Assembly (NCBI GenBank): GCA_012026655.1
Contig: JAAILG010001970.1
Location: forward strand, 1-59,350
Length of the DNA stretch: 59,350 nt
Source: Hydrolagus affinis
Lineage: Eukaryota
Direction: 5' to 3'
The position numbers and the translations under genes were made by a program. Each line of letters begins with the position of its first letter. Positions within the stretch are counted from its first letter, which is position 1. Below are positions 23,601 through 37,840 of the stretch, piece after piece. The notes under the pieces were generated by a model that worked only from the letters and a program-made list of their open reading frames with translations, was not told the DNA's origin and did not search any database.

Positions 23601-26600
23601 AGTAGATTATTGCAGGAGAGGCAAAGGGCACGGGAGGGAGAATAGGCTGGGGAGATGGCACTTTGATGGCTGTGTCATGAAATATAATGCAAGACAAAGG
23701 AACTGGATTTCTTTGGCACATATGAATATTGTACATTATCTCAACAATTACTCATCTTAATTCTTATTCAGCCCTTTCAATTTTCAACTACGGGATGTTC
23801 AGAAAACTATGTTGGTGATGGTGAATGACAGGTGTTTTTTTTCATAATTTGGAAAGCATGATAAGTTATCATGAGCCAGGCTAGCATGACTCTTTTAATG
23901 GTGGTCTTGTCATGGAGTGTAAGAGGCTCTGTGCTATAATGTTCTATTTGTTGGTAAGGAGCAATTTCAAACACATTCTGGGATTCGTTGTGCAAGCTAT
24001 CCTCAGTGAAACTATGCTGAAGTCAGTAGTACAGTACTATGCTACTATTGTTACTTGTTTAATTTTTCAAATTTAACAGGTTTGACATTTACATGAACTG
24101 CAATTATGCATGAGCAGCTGATAAGAATTTTATCATGTGTCAAATAAATCCAGCAAAGTGGACAGTGCAACACACCGAAGAGTGAAACTTGGGAGATATA
24201 TTTATTTCGGTCAACTGGGTGTCTGACATATGCAGAAACACACCAACATATTCAAGAATAAATCCAAGCCAACAGAATTCCCTGTATCCCATCTACACAT
24301 AGGAATTCCAAATCCCTTCTTCCCTCAGTGACTGGCCTTCCCTTCCAAGTCCAACAATGAGCCAGTTTGGCTGAGCTATCATCAGGGGTGGACTGGATTA
24401 TGATGGAGCACCTGATTCAGGGACCCGGACTTCCAAGATCAATGCAGAGGATTGGCTCAATTATGTGACATTCTGTTGCAATCCATATCTCCTTGGAGCC
24501 AAATCAGCTCCTCGGAGACTCTGCTTACCTCCCCTACAAGGAGGATAAATGTGGTATATGTCAAGGGTGGCACACAAACAAACAGGGAGAAGACACACCA
24601 GACGAATATGACGGTTAGCCATAAAGCTTTTTCTGAACTCGATATCCTGCTCGCTGTGTTATGAAAAACTAACATGTAGTGATTTTTGCAATTTACATGG
24701 TTAAGGCTAACATTTGAAAATTGTCTATTTTTACGCAGAAGCAGTTTAAAGTCTGGTCTGGCCACTAATAATATGAAATCACTCTTTAATTATTAGACAA
24801 CCTTTTCTGAAGTAGCCTGAATTAATGTAGAGCAGATGACGCCATAATTTGAGAGTTTGAAGTTGGTTCAACTCTGCATTAGATAATATGCATTGTTATC
24901 AAGTTGTCCATTATAGCAATAGAGTGGGTCTATTACATAGCAATAACAACTGAATTAGTAAGAACCTGTGATACCACAACAGCCCTGGCTGTTTACTCAC
25001 AGCCCCAGACACTGGAGCCAATTTTCAATACAAAAGTCTTCATTTGGGATAGGAGCGCAGTAAAACTATTTTATTCCTATACAGTTTTAACTTACTTTAA
25101 GAAATAATGTAATTTGTTTAACTGCAATTTCAATTCATTAAAAAGGATAGAAACTAGATTTTTGAAATCACATCTCAAATTGTTTGTTTTGTTCTGAAAC
25201 ATTTTCAAACTGGGAGCTCCACTAGAGTATATTAAAGCAATGCTTGAACAGCCATATCTTACACTCTAACAAGCTGAATGAATCACAAATCTTTTAACTT
25301 TTGTCTGAAGACAACATAAACTGTAGGAGTGATTTACAGTAGACCCATTTGTCAGCAACTTTAGCAACCCATCCCTCTGACACATTTCCAGAATGATTGT
25401 GTCATTTTCCACACAAAATCTGCTCGACTATCCTTATAAATTAGCCTGTGTTCTATGTGGATAAGTGCAAATTTAAACTGGCAGCCAAAATAGAACGACT
25501 TGTGATATACTTTGTGAAAATTAATGTTTTGATAAATGTTGTCCATAACTTAGATGATCACAAATGCTTGTGCGATTGCTGGAGTCAGCAATATGGGTAG
25601 ATGTCTCTTTGTCACTCTCCATTCCTGTTTGCAGCAGCAGACTGCAAATAAAATTAGTGCCTCATTTACGTTTTATGTGTGCAAGGAAGTTTACTCGTAA
25701 AGCAGATCAGAAATCCCGTCCTGCAATAAAAAATAATTCATGAAGCAAATTTAAAGTAGTACTTAACTCTGCATACAGTAGTGTCTATATATTATTAATT
25801 CAAGCTGTGAACATGAATTTTTAAAACACATCAAGAGTTAAATAGCAGATTGAATGATAAACGCAAGTCATACTCCAAAGTTCATTAAATCTCCATTCTT
25901 TTCTCTGTATTTTGAAAAATCCATTGTTTTTGTTCCACTGGAAGGAGCACCTTTCCTATGAGTTCATGCGTTAAGGCTGGAAGAAGGGCAAATGTGACTT
26001 TTGCTGACTTGATATTCTTTATTCATTGATACAAACTGGCTGTAGCTTCTTAGCAAGTCTGCAATCACATATCCAAATGTATGTATTCACTTTGAGTGTG
26101 ATCTTGTGGAAAAAGTGTTTTTTTTTGCCAGTAAGGAGCAGTGGGTAATGTTTCTAAGGTCCATTGCCAACCTTTGTCCCAGGCAATCTTGAAAGTTTGG
26201 GATCACATTAATTTGTGAGATTAGGGGGAATAAAATCTCGTGATCTGAGAACAGTTGAAAGTTCTGTAAATGTTCCGCATAAGTTTCAAAACCCACATTT
26301 CATCCACTGTCACTGCCATTAATATTTCATATATTTTTCATTTAAATTTATGTCAATATTTCCTTATAATTACATTACCTTCCTCTATTATTTATTTCAT
26401 TGACTGCTTTGATTATTGGGTTATTCTTTCTTTATTGGGTTTAATTTTCTAGAATTGATACCAGTTACATCTCAATCCTTTCTTAATAGTTTCATTAGTT
26501 TTACTTTATTACTGTAGACACAATTTATTCCCATTACTTTGATTTTCTTTCACAGCTATCTCTTCCACTGTTCATCAAATGATCCTGTAAAATTCATGAT

Positions 26601-27217
26601 ACAAGCCTTTTTCATTAGTCTTTTTTTCTGCAGTCCTTTTTTCATTTCGTTTTACCACCATATTCTTTGACAATCAGATAACATTTAACATTTATATAGT
26701 TTGGGTGTCACTTGGTGCCTTTTGTACTGATTGCAAAAAGACATAAGATTTTATTTTAACCATCTGGATCCAAGAGAGAAATCTGAAACAAATTAATTTT
26801 CGATAAGACCAGCTTTATACAGTACTTACACTTTGTTTAAAGAATGCTAGATATTGTACACTTAAATTTGACGGTTGCAAACATCACAATAATCAATGTA
26901 TATTATGAACAAGATCACTGACAACCAAATTTGAATTCAATGTTGCGATTGTTATTTATTTGCTTCCAAGATTGTATTTTACATTTTGTATGTTTTGGTA
27001 CTTTACTATTTTCAGAGGGGAATTGCTAACCGTTCTATTTTTATTTAGTGCTGTGATAACATACAGCAACTTCAACAACAACTTGCATTTATGTAGTTCC
27101 CTTCACATGAGGTAAAGGCCCAGTGTGCTAATTCCAGATAAAACAATGCATTAAAACAATGATGTTTATGAACATAAAGACACTATTACGGGGAGAAGGC
27201 AATAGAGCAACATGGCC

Positions 27218-27410
27218 TCCAAAATATATAGTCAATTCACTTTACAGTGTATTCTGTGAAGCGCTTTGAGATGCCTCAAAGACGTTGTAAGGCACTATAT
27301 CAAATGCAAGGATTATTATTATGGGAGAAGGGATGAGGAGAGTCGTGTGGAGCATAACCGCTGGCATGGGTTGACTGGGCTGAATGTTCTGTTTCTATAC
27401 TGTAACTTTC
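27218..27410 (+). mobile_element. SINE tail (27218-27321) followed by a CR1 3' tail
   Basis: SINE tail ending GGATTATTATTAT, then TCGTGTGGAGCATAA...TGGGCTGAATG..CTGTTTCT. Confidence 0.7.
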
Positions 27411-30220
27411 TAAGTCTGATACCATAAACTACTGTAATACACTTGGCTTGTGAAATGGAGTCAATCAACCTGATGGCCATTTGTTCTATGTTTTCCATTC
27501 ATAAACAACATTCTTAATATAGGTATTTTTGCACATTGGCAGAATTTTTTTAACTAATTTTATTTAATAAATGATGAGGCTAAATCTGGCGATAGTTATT
27601 CTGTGCAGAACAGAGAATGGGAGCTGTAAGATGTTGGCAGCTGGTGATACTGTTGAACTGTTCTGAAGTAAAGCACAACATGGACATCACATCCATCAGC
27701 ACTGGCTGCAAACACAGACCAGAGAAGATCCCAAATGACTTAGCATCAATGCAAATGACTTGGTTGGTACAGAAACATTCAGATCGAGAGCAGATTTTGA
27801 TGACAATGTCAGTATGTCAAAGTTGTGAGTAACCGATTAACAGTAACATTTGGGCATTTGTGAGAATGCCCCTGTTTTGTCATACTTCAAGGAAGACATA
27901 CACCTACATTGTTTCAGTATATCATTTTAAAATAACTTAGAATTTGATTTCAAGAACACTCCTCAATTCCAACTTTGTAAGGTTGACTTTTTGTAGCTTT
28001 CCCACCCTCCATTAAGCTAATAAAATATAGGATTCAGATTTCCAACCTTTAAAGATTTAGCGTTTTAGATCTAACACTAGATCTTTAGAGGTTGGAATTG
28101 TTTTTGCCAGACTGGTGCCGGCTTTAATTTATTTGTCTCATGTTTTGGCAAAAAGCATCTCACAGTAATATATCAATGGCATTGCCAGGTGGTTAGAGAT
28201 TGACCCAATTTTGATTGGACTCTCTGCAAATAGGAAGAAATAAACAGGAAAGCAGTGATACATGTACTTTCTGAGCCATGGTTTGAGCCAATTTCTTGCT
28301 GGCTCCACTGAAAGCACTTTGAGATGGCCTCCTGACGTGATAGGTGACATATTTGTGTAAAATTGTTGTTGTTACACATCCTGATAGGTGTTAATTGGAC
28401 ATCTGTGAGATAAACACTGATATTTCTGATGGATAAAAGAAACTGGAAGAATTAACAGAAATCCTAAAATGATTTGATCAAATCATCTTCATGTATTACC
28501 TTTAATGCAATTTCTAAGAATTAAAAGTGACTAAGTCCAAAAGGGAGAAGTGAAGTAACCGTTAGATATGTTACAATGCAAATGCTTGCATACTGGTAAA
28601 TTTGATTTAGAATGCAGTCTTGTGTTCCCTCGTGGTTGAACACTTGTTGTAGGAACATAATAGTCAAATCTGAAGACCACAGAACTTCCATCTATACTCA
28701 TTGGCATTGCTTTTGTACTGTCTGTCATCTATGGTCATTTCAGTGGTGCTTTTATTCCCACTTGCTTTTATACTTTAATTCAGTTTTGATCATCTTCTCA
28801 ACTCAATTTTGTTGTAAGTATTGCCCTGGAAGAATATTTGGTTAACATTTGATAATTTTATAATGCAGTACCATTTACCCACTTGTTCAAACAATGCTTG
28901 CGGTTCAAAATAGAAAGTCTTAATTTTTTATTATTAAGCACATGAGCCATGCGGAGTCAAATTGCTCTATTCTAGAAGCCACGAGAACATAACTAAAGTG
29001 ATTTAGAAATGTATTATTACTTTCACATTGTTGGAATAGTAGGAAAATGTGATGCAATTTCCATATTAATTCAGATTGATTGTAATGTTGAAAGAATAAC
29101 TGTGACTTGCAGAGAATAATTTACTAGAATTGCTGTTCATTGGAAACAATTCAATTTCTCCCTAAATAATATGTAAAGAGATTTGAGGGATTTATTATTT
29201 CTAGACGGAATATTGTTTTATTATTTTGCAATGCATTGACGGAATTTAGCCAATGTGTGCTGTGTTTTCTGAATAAAAAAAACTCAAACTCATTTTAAAC
29301 TCAAGAGATAAACAAATCTTACTGAACATAATTTATTAAAATGGACTCTAGGATGTTTGGAAGTATTGAATATTCTATTCCACTCCTTCCAGGTTCTATT
29401 GTTTATGGATAAAAACAAATATAGATTTAAATATAGACCAGGTTATCAGTATGTATTGAAATGAAAATCTTTTGTGTGATTGCAAAATGTAAATCCCAGA
29501 CAAAACTTTAGTGTTTGCCCAGTGCAATGTACTGTGTGAAATAATTTAAGGCAACAGACAAATAAACCAACCATTAATGAAGGTATTGTTTCTATACCAG
29601 CCGGAGATGTCAACTTGTTTTAGGATTGGGATGATCAAAGATTTACGTAGATTGTACAACAGGTCATTCAGCTAAACTAGTCAATGCCTGTGTTTATCCT
29701 CCACTTCATGTACTGTGTTGCCCTGTTTTAGGGTCGGAATGACAGCATACCTGTCTTGCCTTGTTTTAAGTTCAGGGTGGTCACATTCTGTGTCTTGCCT
29801 TGTGTTGGGGGGTCAAAATGAAACATCGATTTTGCACAAGATTGTCTTTTTATTTCTAATACAATGACAGAAATACATTTTACCATCAGTCTTTGTATCT
29901 GGTATTTGTCCTTTGTCTTGATTTTATTTGGTTGGTTTGTAATTAAAGATCCGATTAGAAGAGTGATTATTGTGGCTTTGAGCTTCGCTAATGAGATTGG
30001 TTTCCTTGATGTTGAGCATTAGTGTTTTGTTGACACCTGGCAAAAGTACAAGGCTTTTGAAGAAAATAATATCATATCAGAAAAGATCCGAACATTATCT
30101 CTTGTCTGGATCGACTAAATGATCCTTGGTGCAACTGTCAAATCACAATCTTGCCCCTGTCTACCTTTGCCATCTCTTCCAGCCCTTTTTCTCATGCATG
30201 TACAACAACAACAACAAAAT

Positions 30221-30556
30221 GGAGCTCCTGTGGCTCAGTGGTTAGAGCACTTGTCTTGCAAGCTGGGGAGACAAATCTGGGGAGATCTGTGTTCGAATCC
30301 AGGCAGGCCAGGGCGAAACCTTGGGCAAGTTTCCTTACTCCACACGCCTAATAATAATCCCTCAAAAAAAAAACACAATAATAAAATTGGTCATTTCAAT
30401 CCACGATTGTGTGTGGGATACTGCTGTGCGCAATTGGCTGCCGCGATTCGCCCACAAATATATATAGTCAATTCACTTTACAGTATATTCTGTGAAGCGT
30501 TTTGGGACGTTGATAAGATCTGGAAAGTGCTATATCAAATGTAAGGATTATTATTA
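30221..30556 (+). mobile_element. Full-length short-type tRNA SINE nested in an L2-type tail
   Basis: A and B boxes, body and tail all present. The flanks join into (CAA)nAAT|TATTTATAGAGCGCCCTTCA, the antisense L2-type tail. Confidence 0.92.
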
Positions 30557-30839
30557 TATTTATAGAGCGCCCTTCATGTCGGGACTCTGATTCTGCATTT
30601 CAGTGTATTTCTCATTCCTCTGACCATTCAACTAACATGCGGCTGCTCTTCAGGTTTCTGGTCCCAAACCCCTTTCCCTTGTTACTTCTCCCCTACCTTC
30701 ATAACCACTTTGTTACCAGCCTGAAATACCCCCCATCCTCTCACTGCTCATTGATGTCCATCATCTCGTGAAGCACTTCAAGATGTTTCTCCTGTGTAAA
30801 ATGTTCCATACAACTTGTAAGCGGCAAGTACAACTTGCC

Positions 30840-30900
30840 TCTTTGCTGCCTTATTTCACTTTGCAGTGTTTCTTTGCTGCCTTATTTCACTTCGCAGCAT
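30840..30900. repeat. Tandem duplication, about 32 bp x2
   Basis: TCTTTGCTGCCTTATTTCACTT(T/C)GCAG occurs twice. Confidence 0.85.
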
Positions 30901-33829
30901 TCCTCTGCTATTATTTGGCGGAGGTTTAGTTTCCAAATCAGATTACACAATTTTATTTAATGGTTCAGAACCTTTGACGGCAAATACTTTTGAATCTGAA
31001 GTAAATTCAGGAGGTTAGTGATCACGTAGTTAAAATATTTATCTACCTGACAGATCAACTCATCTTGTGTGTAATTACCACTGGAGATGTTGATGCAAAA
31101 TAAACTTCTTCAAATCGCAATTCTGCCATGGTCAGTTAGTAAAGAAAGATTGTTCTTCATTTGATCCAATGGAGTGGTAAATCCACTCTGATGCAATATG
31201 CCTCTGGAAAGGAGTTTCCCTAGTGTGGTTGTGACACGCTTCCAGTTACTGGAAGGGAGTTTGCATTTGTTATTAAGGAGTACCATTAGAAATGACCATG
31301 TTTTAAAGCTCCTACGTAGAAACATAGTCACACATCTGCATTCAGTTGCTTGATGGTTGGGAACATTGGTGTAACTTTGTGCTGTCAGTATGCTGTGAGG
31401 ATAATTTAAAAAGGATCACGTCGGGCATAGATATATGGCATACTATCTGAATTGTGTTTAATTGGTTAAAACTGAGCTCAGCACCAAGTCAGGAATTTAG
31501 AACAGCCTGGAGTTTGAACGTGTAATTTTGATTGGTTCTGCTACATCACTTAGAAAGGTAATCCTTTTGTTCTAAGTTTTCCCAGTTAGATACATTTCAA
31601 TTGAAAATAAACCGCTAGCGATGGAGTGAGGAGTAGAATAATAATGAGGAAAAGCACTGGGAAAAAAAATCATGTGAAACAGGTACGTACACACTGTGAT
31701 TATTAAAAAATAGCATTTCATTTATTGACCCTTAACTTTTAAAATGAATGCGAGTGCAGTAGACCTACCTCATCGTCATTTATTAACCGAATTTTTGTTT
31801 GATATTTATGGAAAGTAACGCAAGCAATTTCCACAAAGTCTGGCAATAGGCCTCTCTATGGCTTGTGGAAATGAATGTCCAGTTAACAGGGAGCATACAG
31901 ATTGAGGTGTTACATTTCATTCCAGCTCCGAGGAGCTACACTGGGAGATTCCTGCCTAAGATCATCAATACGTGACACTATTTAATCAGGTCTGTACATT
32001 GCATTTTAGTCCTTGAGTTTGGCTTTGACTCCAAAATCCCAGATGTTTGCAGGGCAGCGCTGGGGTTAGTGAGCATAGTAAATAGGCCATTTAAAGTGTT
32101 GCGCTTCTTGAAACCCTGCGTTACATTTTCAAATGTGTAAAACCTGTACTTTGTAGTTGAATTGGCAGAGGCTGAATTTTGTTTCCAGTTTACTTGAACA
32201 TACAGAATCAGTTTGACCTGAGACCTGCTTTGATGAGACTCTGGCATTCCCCATGGTGTTGAAATAACCCCTACAGTTGTCTGTGTAGGACAGTGCATTT
32301 TTTTTAAAAAGCCGCAGCAGCCAAAGATCTCCATTTTCATGTCCCTAATGGCAGATGAAATCTGATACGATATCAAAGTTATGTTGTTACTTCCCATTGC
32401 ATGGTTAAAATCCTACTCTGGATAGGCGGAATATAGCTGTCGTTCTGGCCCGAACAGTACTGCAGAAACTCTCTTGGCCTTTGCCTCCAGTGAAGATGTC
32501 GGGTCACTCAATAATGTAATATTGGAATATGCAGCACAGCTCAGATCTGTTTTATGAAATAATGATTTATTGAGTACTTGTAGCAAAATAAGGTACAGAT
32601 TATTGCAGCTTGCACTTTCCCTGAGATACAAAATACAATGTTTTTTTTTCTAGCACCTTTCATCATTGATTTTACACTAGAACTCCATGGCCAGCATGCT
32701 TCATACAGTTTAAAGAGATGCGCATAAAGAATTCAATATATGCTGAAAACATCAATTATTGAAAATTCATTCCCAGGCTCTTTCAATTAGAGTCTGAATC
32801 CTTTGTATCCATATTACTAATGACATGCACTTGTATTTCAGTAGTTGATGGCTCTTTTACTTTGTCTGCAAGGGCAGAGGGCATTGTGTTCTTGTCTACT
32901 GATTGGAAAAAATGTAATGACATTAAGGTGGGCGCTCACATTATACAATGGGTGCTCTGGTTATTGAAGTTTAAAGACCGAGAATGAATTTCTAGTGCAC
33001 GACCCACTTTAATTAATAAAAAAAATGAAAGCATCTGAGAAGTTTTTGAAAAAGGTTGTTGTGCAGAATTTAATTTGAAGAGTCAGGAAATGCCGCCCAC
33101 AAAGTCCAACAGAAGAGTCTGCTCTCTGTTAAAGAGCAATTATATATCAGTCTTGTCTTCAAGGACTCCAAAACACAATGACCTGCAGTCATATGGTAAT
33201 GCATAATAGTCCTCCGATGACATGGGTACAAGCAACTCCACCCTATGGAAAATGACTTTATTGCAAAGGTGACATGAATGTGACATTTGCCAGAACTCAT
33301 TAGAGTCTACTTCCTATTCATTGCAGAAGGAAGTAGAGCTATTTTAAATCGACCAGTGCAGATGCCTTTTCAGATGCTTTTTTTTTGTCCTGGACATGTT
33401 GTAGAGTAGAAACAGAGAATGAAATAAATTGTAACTGGCAGCAGTGACCCGCCCCTTGCTGTCAAAATCCCAGTCAAGACCACATCAAACTGGTCAGAAT
33501 AGACAGAAGTTGTTATGAAATGGCATCAGTTGGGGGATTAAATCAGTGAGAAAATCATCACTGGCAGAATTAGTTTGATGCTCAATAAGTAATGAGACTT
33601 TCCTACCTTATGATTTGGTTCCTATGATCACACAGTTCAAAGTGCTACTCCTGACCTACTTAAACCAAAGGTTTTGTGAAGAAATATATCTGGGTCAAGT
33701 GGTTCATTCAGTCTTATAACTTCCCCCACACTAATAGATTCACTCTTTCATTGTGAATAAATTATAATGTATTATGGATACAAAATCTAGGTCAAACTGT
33801 ATTATGCAAGTCCCAATGAAGACAGTGGG

Positions 33830-34020
33830 CAAAGGCACTGCCCAGTACAGCACTGAACCATAATGCTGAAGACAAAAGGTTTTCATTCCTGGATTGTGTT
33901 GAGTTAGTGTATCTCACCAGGCAGGCAAAAGTTTGCCTTATTATATCTGGGCTTGGGGGGGAAAAACAATTAGTTGAGATTACTCATCCCAATCAATACC
34001 AAATGACCTTTACTGTAAGT
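33830..34020 (+). mobile_element. Ancient SINE relic, AmnSINE2-like 5' part
   Basis: GCACTGCCC...ACTGAACCATA...TGTGTTGAGTTAG..ATCTCA...CTGGGCTTGGG..GAAAAA...ATGACC resembles the recalled AmnSINE2 consensus and the 57948 copy. Confidence 0.45.
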
Positions 34021-34049
34021 TCATGTTTCCATATATAAGAGGCCTCGCT

Positions 34050-34325
34050 CTACCGGATCTGGCTTCCTCCCTGTCCCCAAATCCTCCATTTCACCATCGG
34101 CGGCCATGCCTTCAGCCACCATGCCCCGAGGCTCTGGAATTCCCTTTCTCGACCCTTCCTTTCCTATTTTCAGGTCGCATCTAAAGACTTTTCTTTTTGA
34201 CCGCGCTTTTGGACACCTTTTCCGCCTCTTCCCCCTGGCTCGACCCTGGGATCCGTTATTGTGAAGCGCTCTGAGAAGCCGTCTGGCGTGGAGGGAGGGT
34301 GCTATGTAAAGCCAAGTTGTTGTTG
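34050..34325 (+). mobile_element. L2 LINE 3' fragment
   Basis: Reads GGHAFSHHAPRLWNSL...FRSHLKTFLFDRAF (L2 ORF2 C-terminus); ends GCTATGTAAAGCCAAG(TTG)n; similar to 49640-49924. Confidence 0.85.
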
Positions 34326-36534
34326 CAGATATTTCTTGTGTTCTTAGGTTTAGAACAATTATGACAACGTTTAAGCTTGTGCAGAATTTCAGAAAATTCT
34401 TAAATTCAGTCTTAACCAGGAAGCTGATTGTCATAATTTGGAAGTCGGTTAAAGAAACATAAAACTGGCTTCTAAGTTAGGACTGACTGAACTTCCACAA
34501 TTCTACATCATTTTTAATTTTTAACTCGTTGGCCTTTTGGCTCAAGCCTTAAGAAATATAAGGCTTGTGCTGATGAGGGAAAGTTCAGATATGTCTGCAC
34601 AGGTCCTTGAGGTCATATCATCTGCTAATTCTCAAAATATAAGGTTTACTCTTGAAAAATAACCCCTTTGGGATGTCCTCCCGATGTGAAAGGTGCTCTA
34701 CAAATGTAATTTTGTTGTGTTGTTTTGCATGAGACTGCTGCCACATTTGGAACTACAGAATACCACAGCTTTCAAGCGCGAAAAGTACTGTAAGACTAAA
34801 AAAAAACCTTTTCCTTTGTTCATGATATGAGCTCTTGAACAATGAAAGACATTTTTACATCATTTAACTTGAAATTAAAGATTTAATCAGAGAAGTATGA
34901 CCAACTGTATGAAAAAAACGGAATGTGGTTCTTGAAAAGTTACACCATGAAAAATATTGGCCTCTGTATTTTAATAGCTTTTTGCTCTGCATTCATTTTT
35001 ATAGAAGGGATTATTGGAGCCTCCTGGAAGATGTACAGTAGTTGTGTGTCTTTTATTATTGCACTTTGTGTCCTGAATTTTGAACTCGAGTCAAGACAGA
35101 TTATTCAAGTAAAAATAGTAATATGAAAAGCCAATCCTGCTCACCCTCTCTGACATTCACCCTGTCCATCTTACTTCTGTCATTGTGAAAATTCACAGTT
35201 AGCACAAAGATGGTTTGGTTTGCTGCCTGGAAAATATTAAAATAGGGAAATATAGCACATCAACAAAGGTGAACCTCTGTTTATTCTTGACAGTGAAAGC
35301 ACCTTAACTACATTGCTGAGCAAATAATAAAGACAATGAGGTCTGTCATGCATCAGCAGGTAAAAATTGAGGGTTTTTTTGTTACTTGTTCGTAAATGGG
35401 GTTTCACATTCTAAACAAGCGCTGAAAAGGTGGGTATTTATAGCAATCAGTTTCAGACAAACCTCAGTGGTGGCAGGATCCAGCAAAAGCAGTACTGTAA
35501 CAGATGTTGAAAGGAGAAAAACTGGTACAGTTTACTTCACTTACAAGCAGGTTTCCTATCTTCATTGGATCTGGGCACAGATATGTTCCCCCCACGTAAT
35601 TTCTCTGGCATTGAATTTGAGCTATCTTTTCTGTTTGGTAAGCAAATATTTGCCTTTTGACTTTTTTTTTCTGTTTGTGCCAGTGATCGAAGGTGATTTC
35701 ACTCTTGGCTCTGTGGTGTGCCTATTAATTACCCACTGGTAATCCATGTTACACAATAAACAGCCTTGAATGTGTTTGCTCTGAGAAGTAAGCACATCTC
35801 AGGTTGTAGAGGCATCATTGGTTTATAATGGTGGGAAGGCAAATTAGTGACAAAGGCAGGTTTGGCTCAGAGCAAGGTTCATTTGTGATGGAAATGTAGC
35901 CACATTTTTTTTAAAATCAGAAATGGATTGAAATACAAGAAGCTTATCTAGTTACAGCGTGGTACATATATGGTTGCATTACACTGTTGTATACATGTCT
36001 TTTATATATTTGATGAGACAACAACAACAAAATTACATTTATAAAGGTCCTTTGATGTCAGGAGCACCTCCCAAGGCACTGAACAGTCGGGAACCAGGAC
36101 CCGAGACAGCTTCTTACTGCACTCAAACATACATAAAGTCTATATATCCAGATGAGTTATGTTGCAGACAAAATGGGAAACACATTCAGAGACTTTTCAT
36201 TTGGCTCTTGTGAGCGTGGTGAGTACATTAGTTTATTCAGAGAGAAAAAAAAATATGGCCTAAAAGTACATTTCCCTGAAATCATAGAGTCCTATGAAGC
36301 GCTTTGAGATATTTCAACGATGTGATAAACCACTGTAACCAATTCAAAAATTATTATATCAGCGCTGTGAAGGGCACTATATAAAAGCAAGTTATTGCTG
36401 TAGAAGGAAAACTGTATGAAGAGTGTGAAGGAAAGGCTGGGGGGTAGGCGTGGGAGGTGCACTAAATAAATAGTTCTGCAAACTCTCCCGAGCCAGATCT
36501 TCTGGACGCGGACATTCCAGAGGTGGACATAATA

Positions 36535-36708
36535 ATTGGGTCATTCAATCCACGACTGTTTGTGGGACACTGTTGTGCACAATCGACTGCAGCGTTTTGC
36601 CCACAAAATATAGTCATTTCACTCTACGGTATGTTCTGTGAAGTGCTTTGAGACGTCTCGAAGGCATGATAAAGCGTTATAGCAAATGCAACGATTGTTG
36701 TGATTATT
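36535..36708 (+). mobile_element. SINE 3' half
   Basis: TCAATCCACGACTGTTTGTGGGACAC...GAAGTGCTTTGAGACG...AAATGCAA. Confidence 0.85.
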
Positions 36709-37599
36709 AGTGTTCACTGTTACTGCGAGAACTTAAACTTCCAGATGAATGTTTAATCGGATGCTGACTTCATTAACTTCTGTCAATGGGATCATACATT
36801 ATGGAATTGTGATATAATAAGGGCCTGTGTTCACTGTTTAGCGAGTGAAAGTGGCACTTGATGTAGAGGAAAACATGCAGAAAGGCTAAGGTGAACACTG
36901 TGGCAGTGGTACAGCAAATGCCTATATCATACTTGGCCTGAGCAATCTGAGTATTGTTACTGGTGGGTAAATTAAAAGGAATCCAGTCAGATGTTTTGAA
37001 TTCATATCCTAACCTTGAAAATGCTGGCCTTTGTGAACCACGATGACACTAAGCAGGATATGTTTTGTTAAAATTATACTAAATTAAATGATGATTATAT
37101 TTCTCGTGTCAGCGGAGAATGCTTCTCACAAGTGGGAAAATTGAAATTTAGAAAGAGTCATAGAATGTAAGAAACAACAGCAACAAAATTACATTTATAG
37201 AGCGCCTTTCACATCGGGAGGACGTCCCAAGATGCTGAAAGAGAGAGAGTGCGTAAGAAGAACGGTTCAATAGGCAAACAACCACAGGAGGATTTCAAAC
37301 ATGTCCTAAAGTTGCAAATTTTAAGAGGGGGATATTCTTGTGCAGAGAACAGGAGTACTCTGGATGGGGGAGCAACATTAGGAAAAATACAGCCAGAAAT
37401 GCATATACTGTATAAGGTTTTGGCATTTCAGCTGAAAACGATTAATAATCCTTGCATTTGAATAAGTGGCATGTCCCGTCAAAACATCTGAAAGCAGTTC
37501 TCAGAGTTTTCTGTAAAGTGTGGTGAAGGTATTTTTAAGCGATTGAAAGAAAAGTGATGCAATGTTACTTTTTCCACATTATTGCCAGTCTTTGGTAAA

Positions 37600-37840
37600 C
37601 GTATAGTAAATGAGTACAATATAAATTTACATTTATGCAGCTTGTTTCATGGCGGGAAGACATCTCAAGACACCGAACAATCCAAGGTTTGCACCCGTGT
37701 GGAGGTCGGGCCAGTTGGCTGGGGATGTGGGAAGAGTGGGAAACTTGACCGAAAGCACAGTCAAAGAAGGCCTTAAGATGGACCTTGAAGGACATGAGGG
37801 AAGGGGAAAGGGAAAGTGACTCTAGGATAGAGTTCCAGTG
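37600..37840 (-). mobile_element. L2 LINE 3' fragment
   Basis: Minus frame ..FKVHLKAFFDCAFG.. matches the 34050 and 49640 copies. Confidence 0.7.

Noticed and set aside
30119-30544. 141-aa ORF and similar YYYYY-containing ORFs
   Set aside because: Chance translations of the SINE and its (ATT)n tail.
34570-34601. Second CTGATGA-GG-GAAA hammerhead candidate
   Set aside because: No stem II, and stem III pairing with GTC is incompatible.
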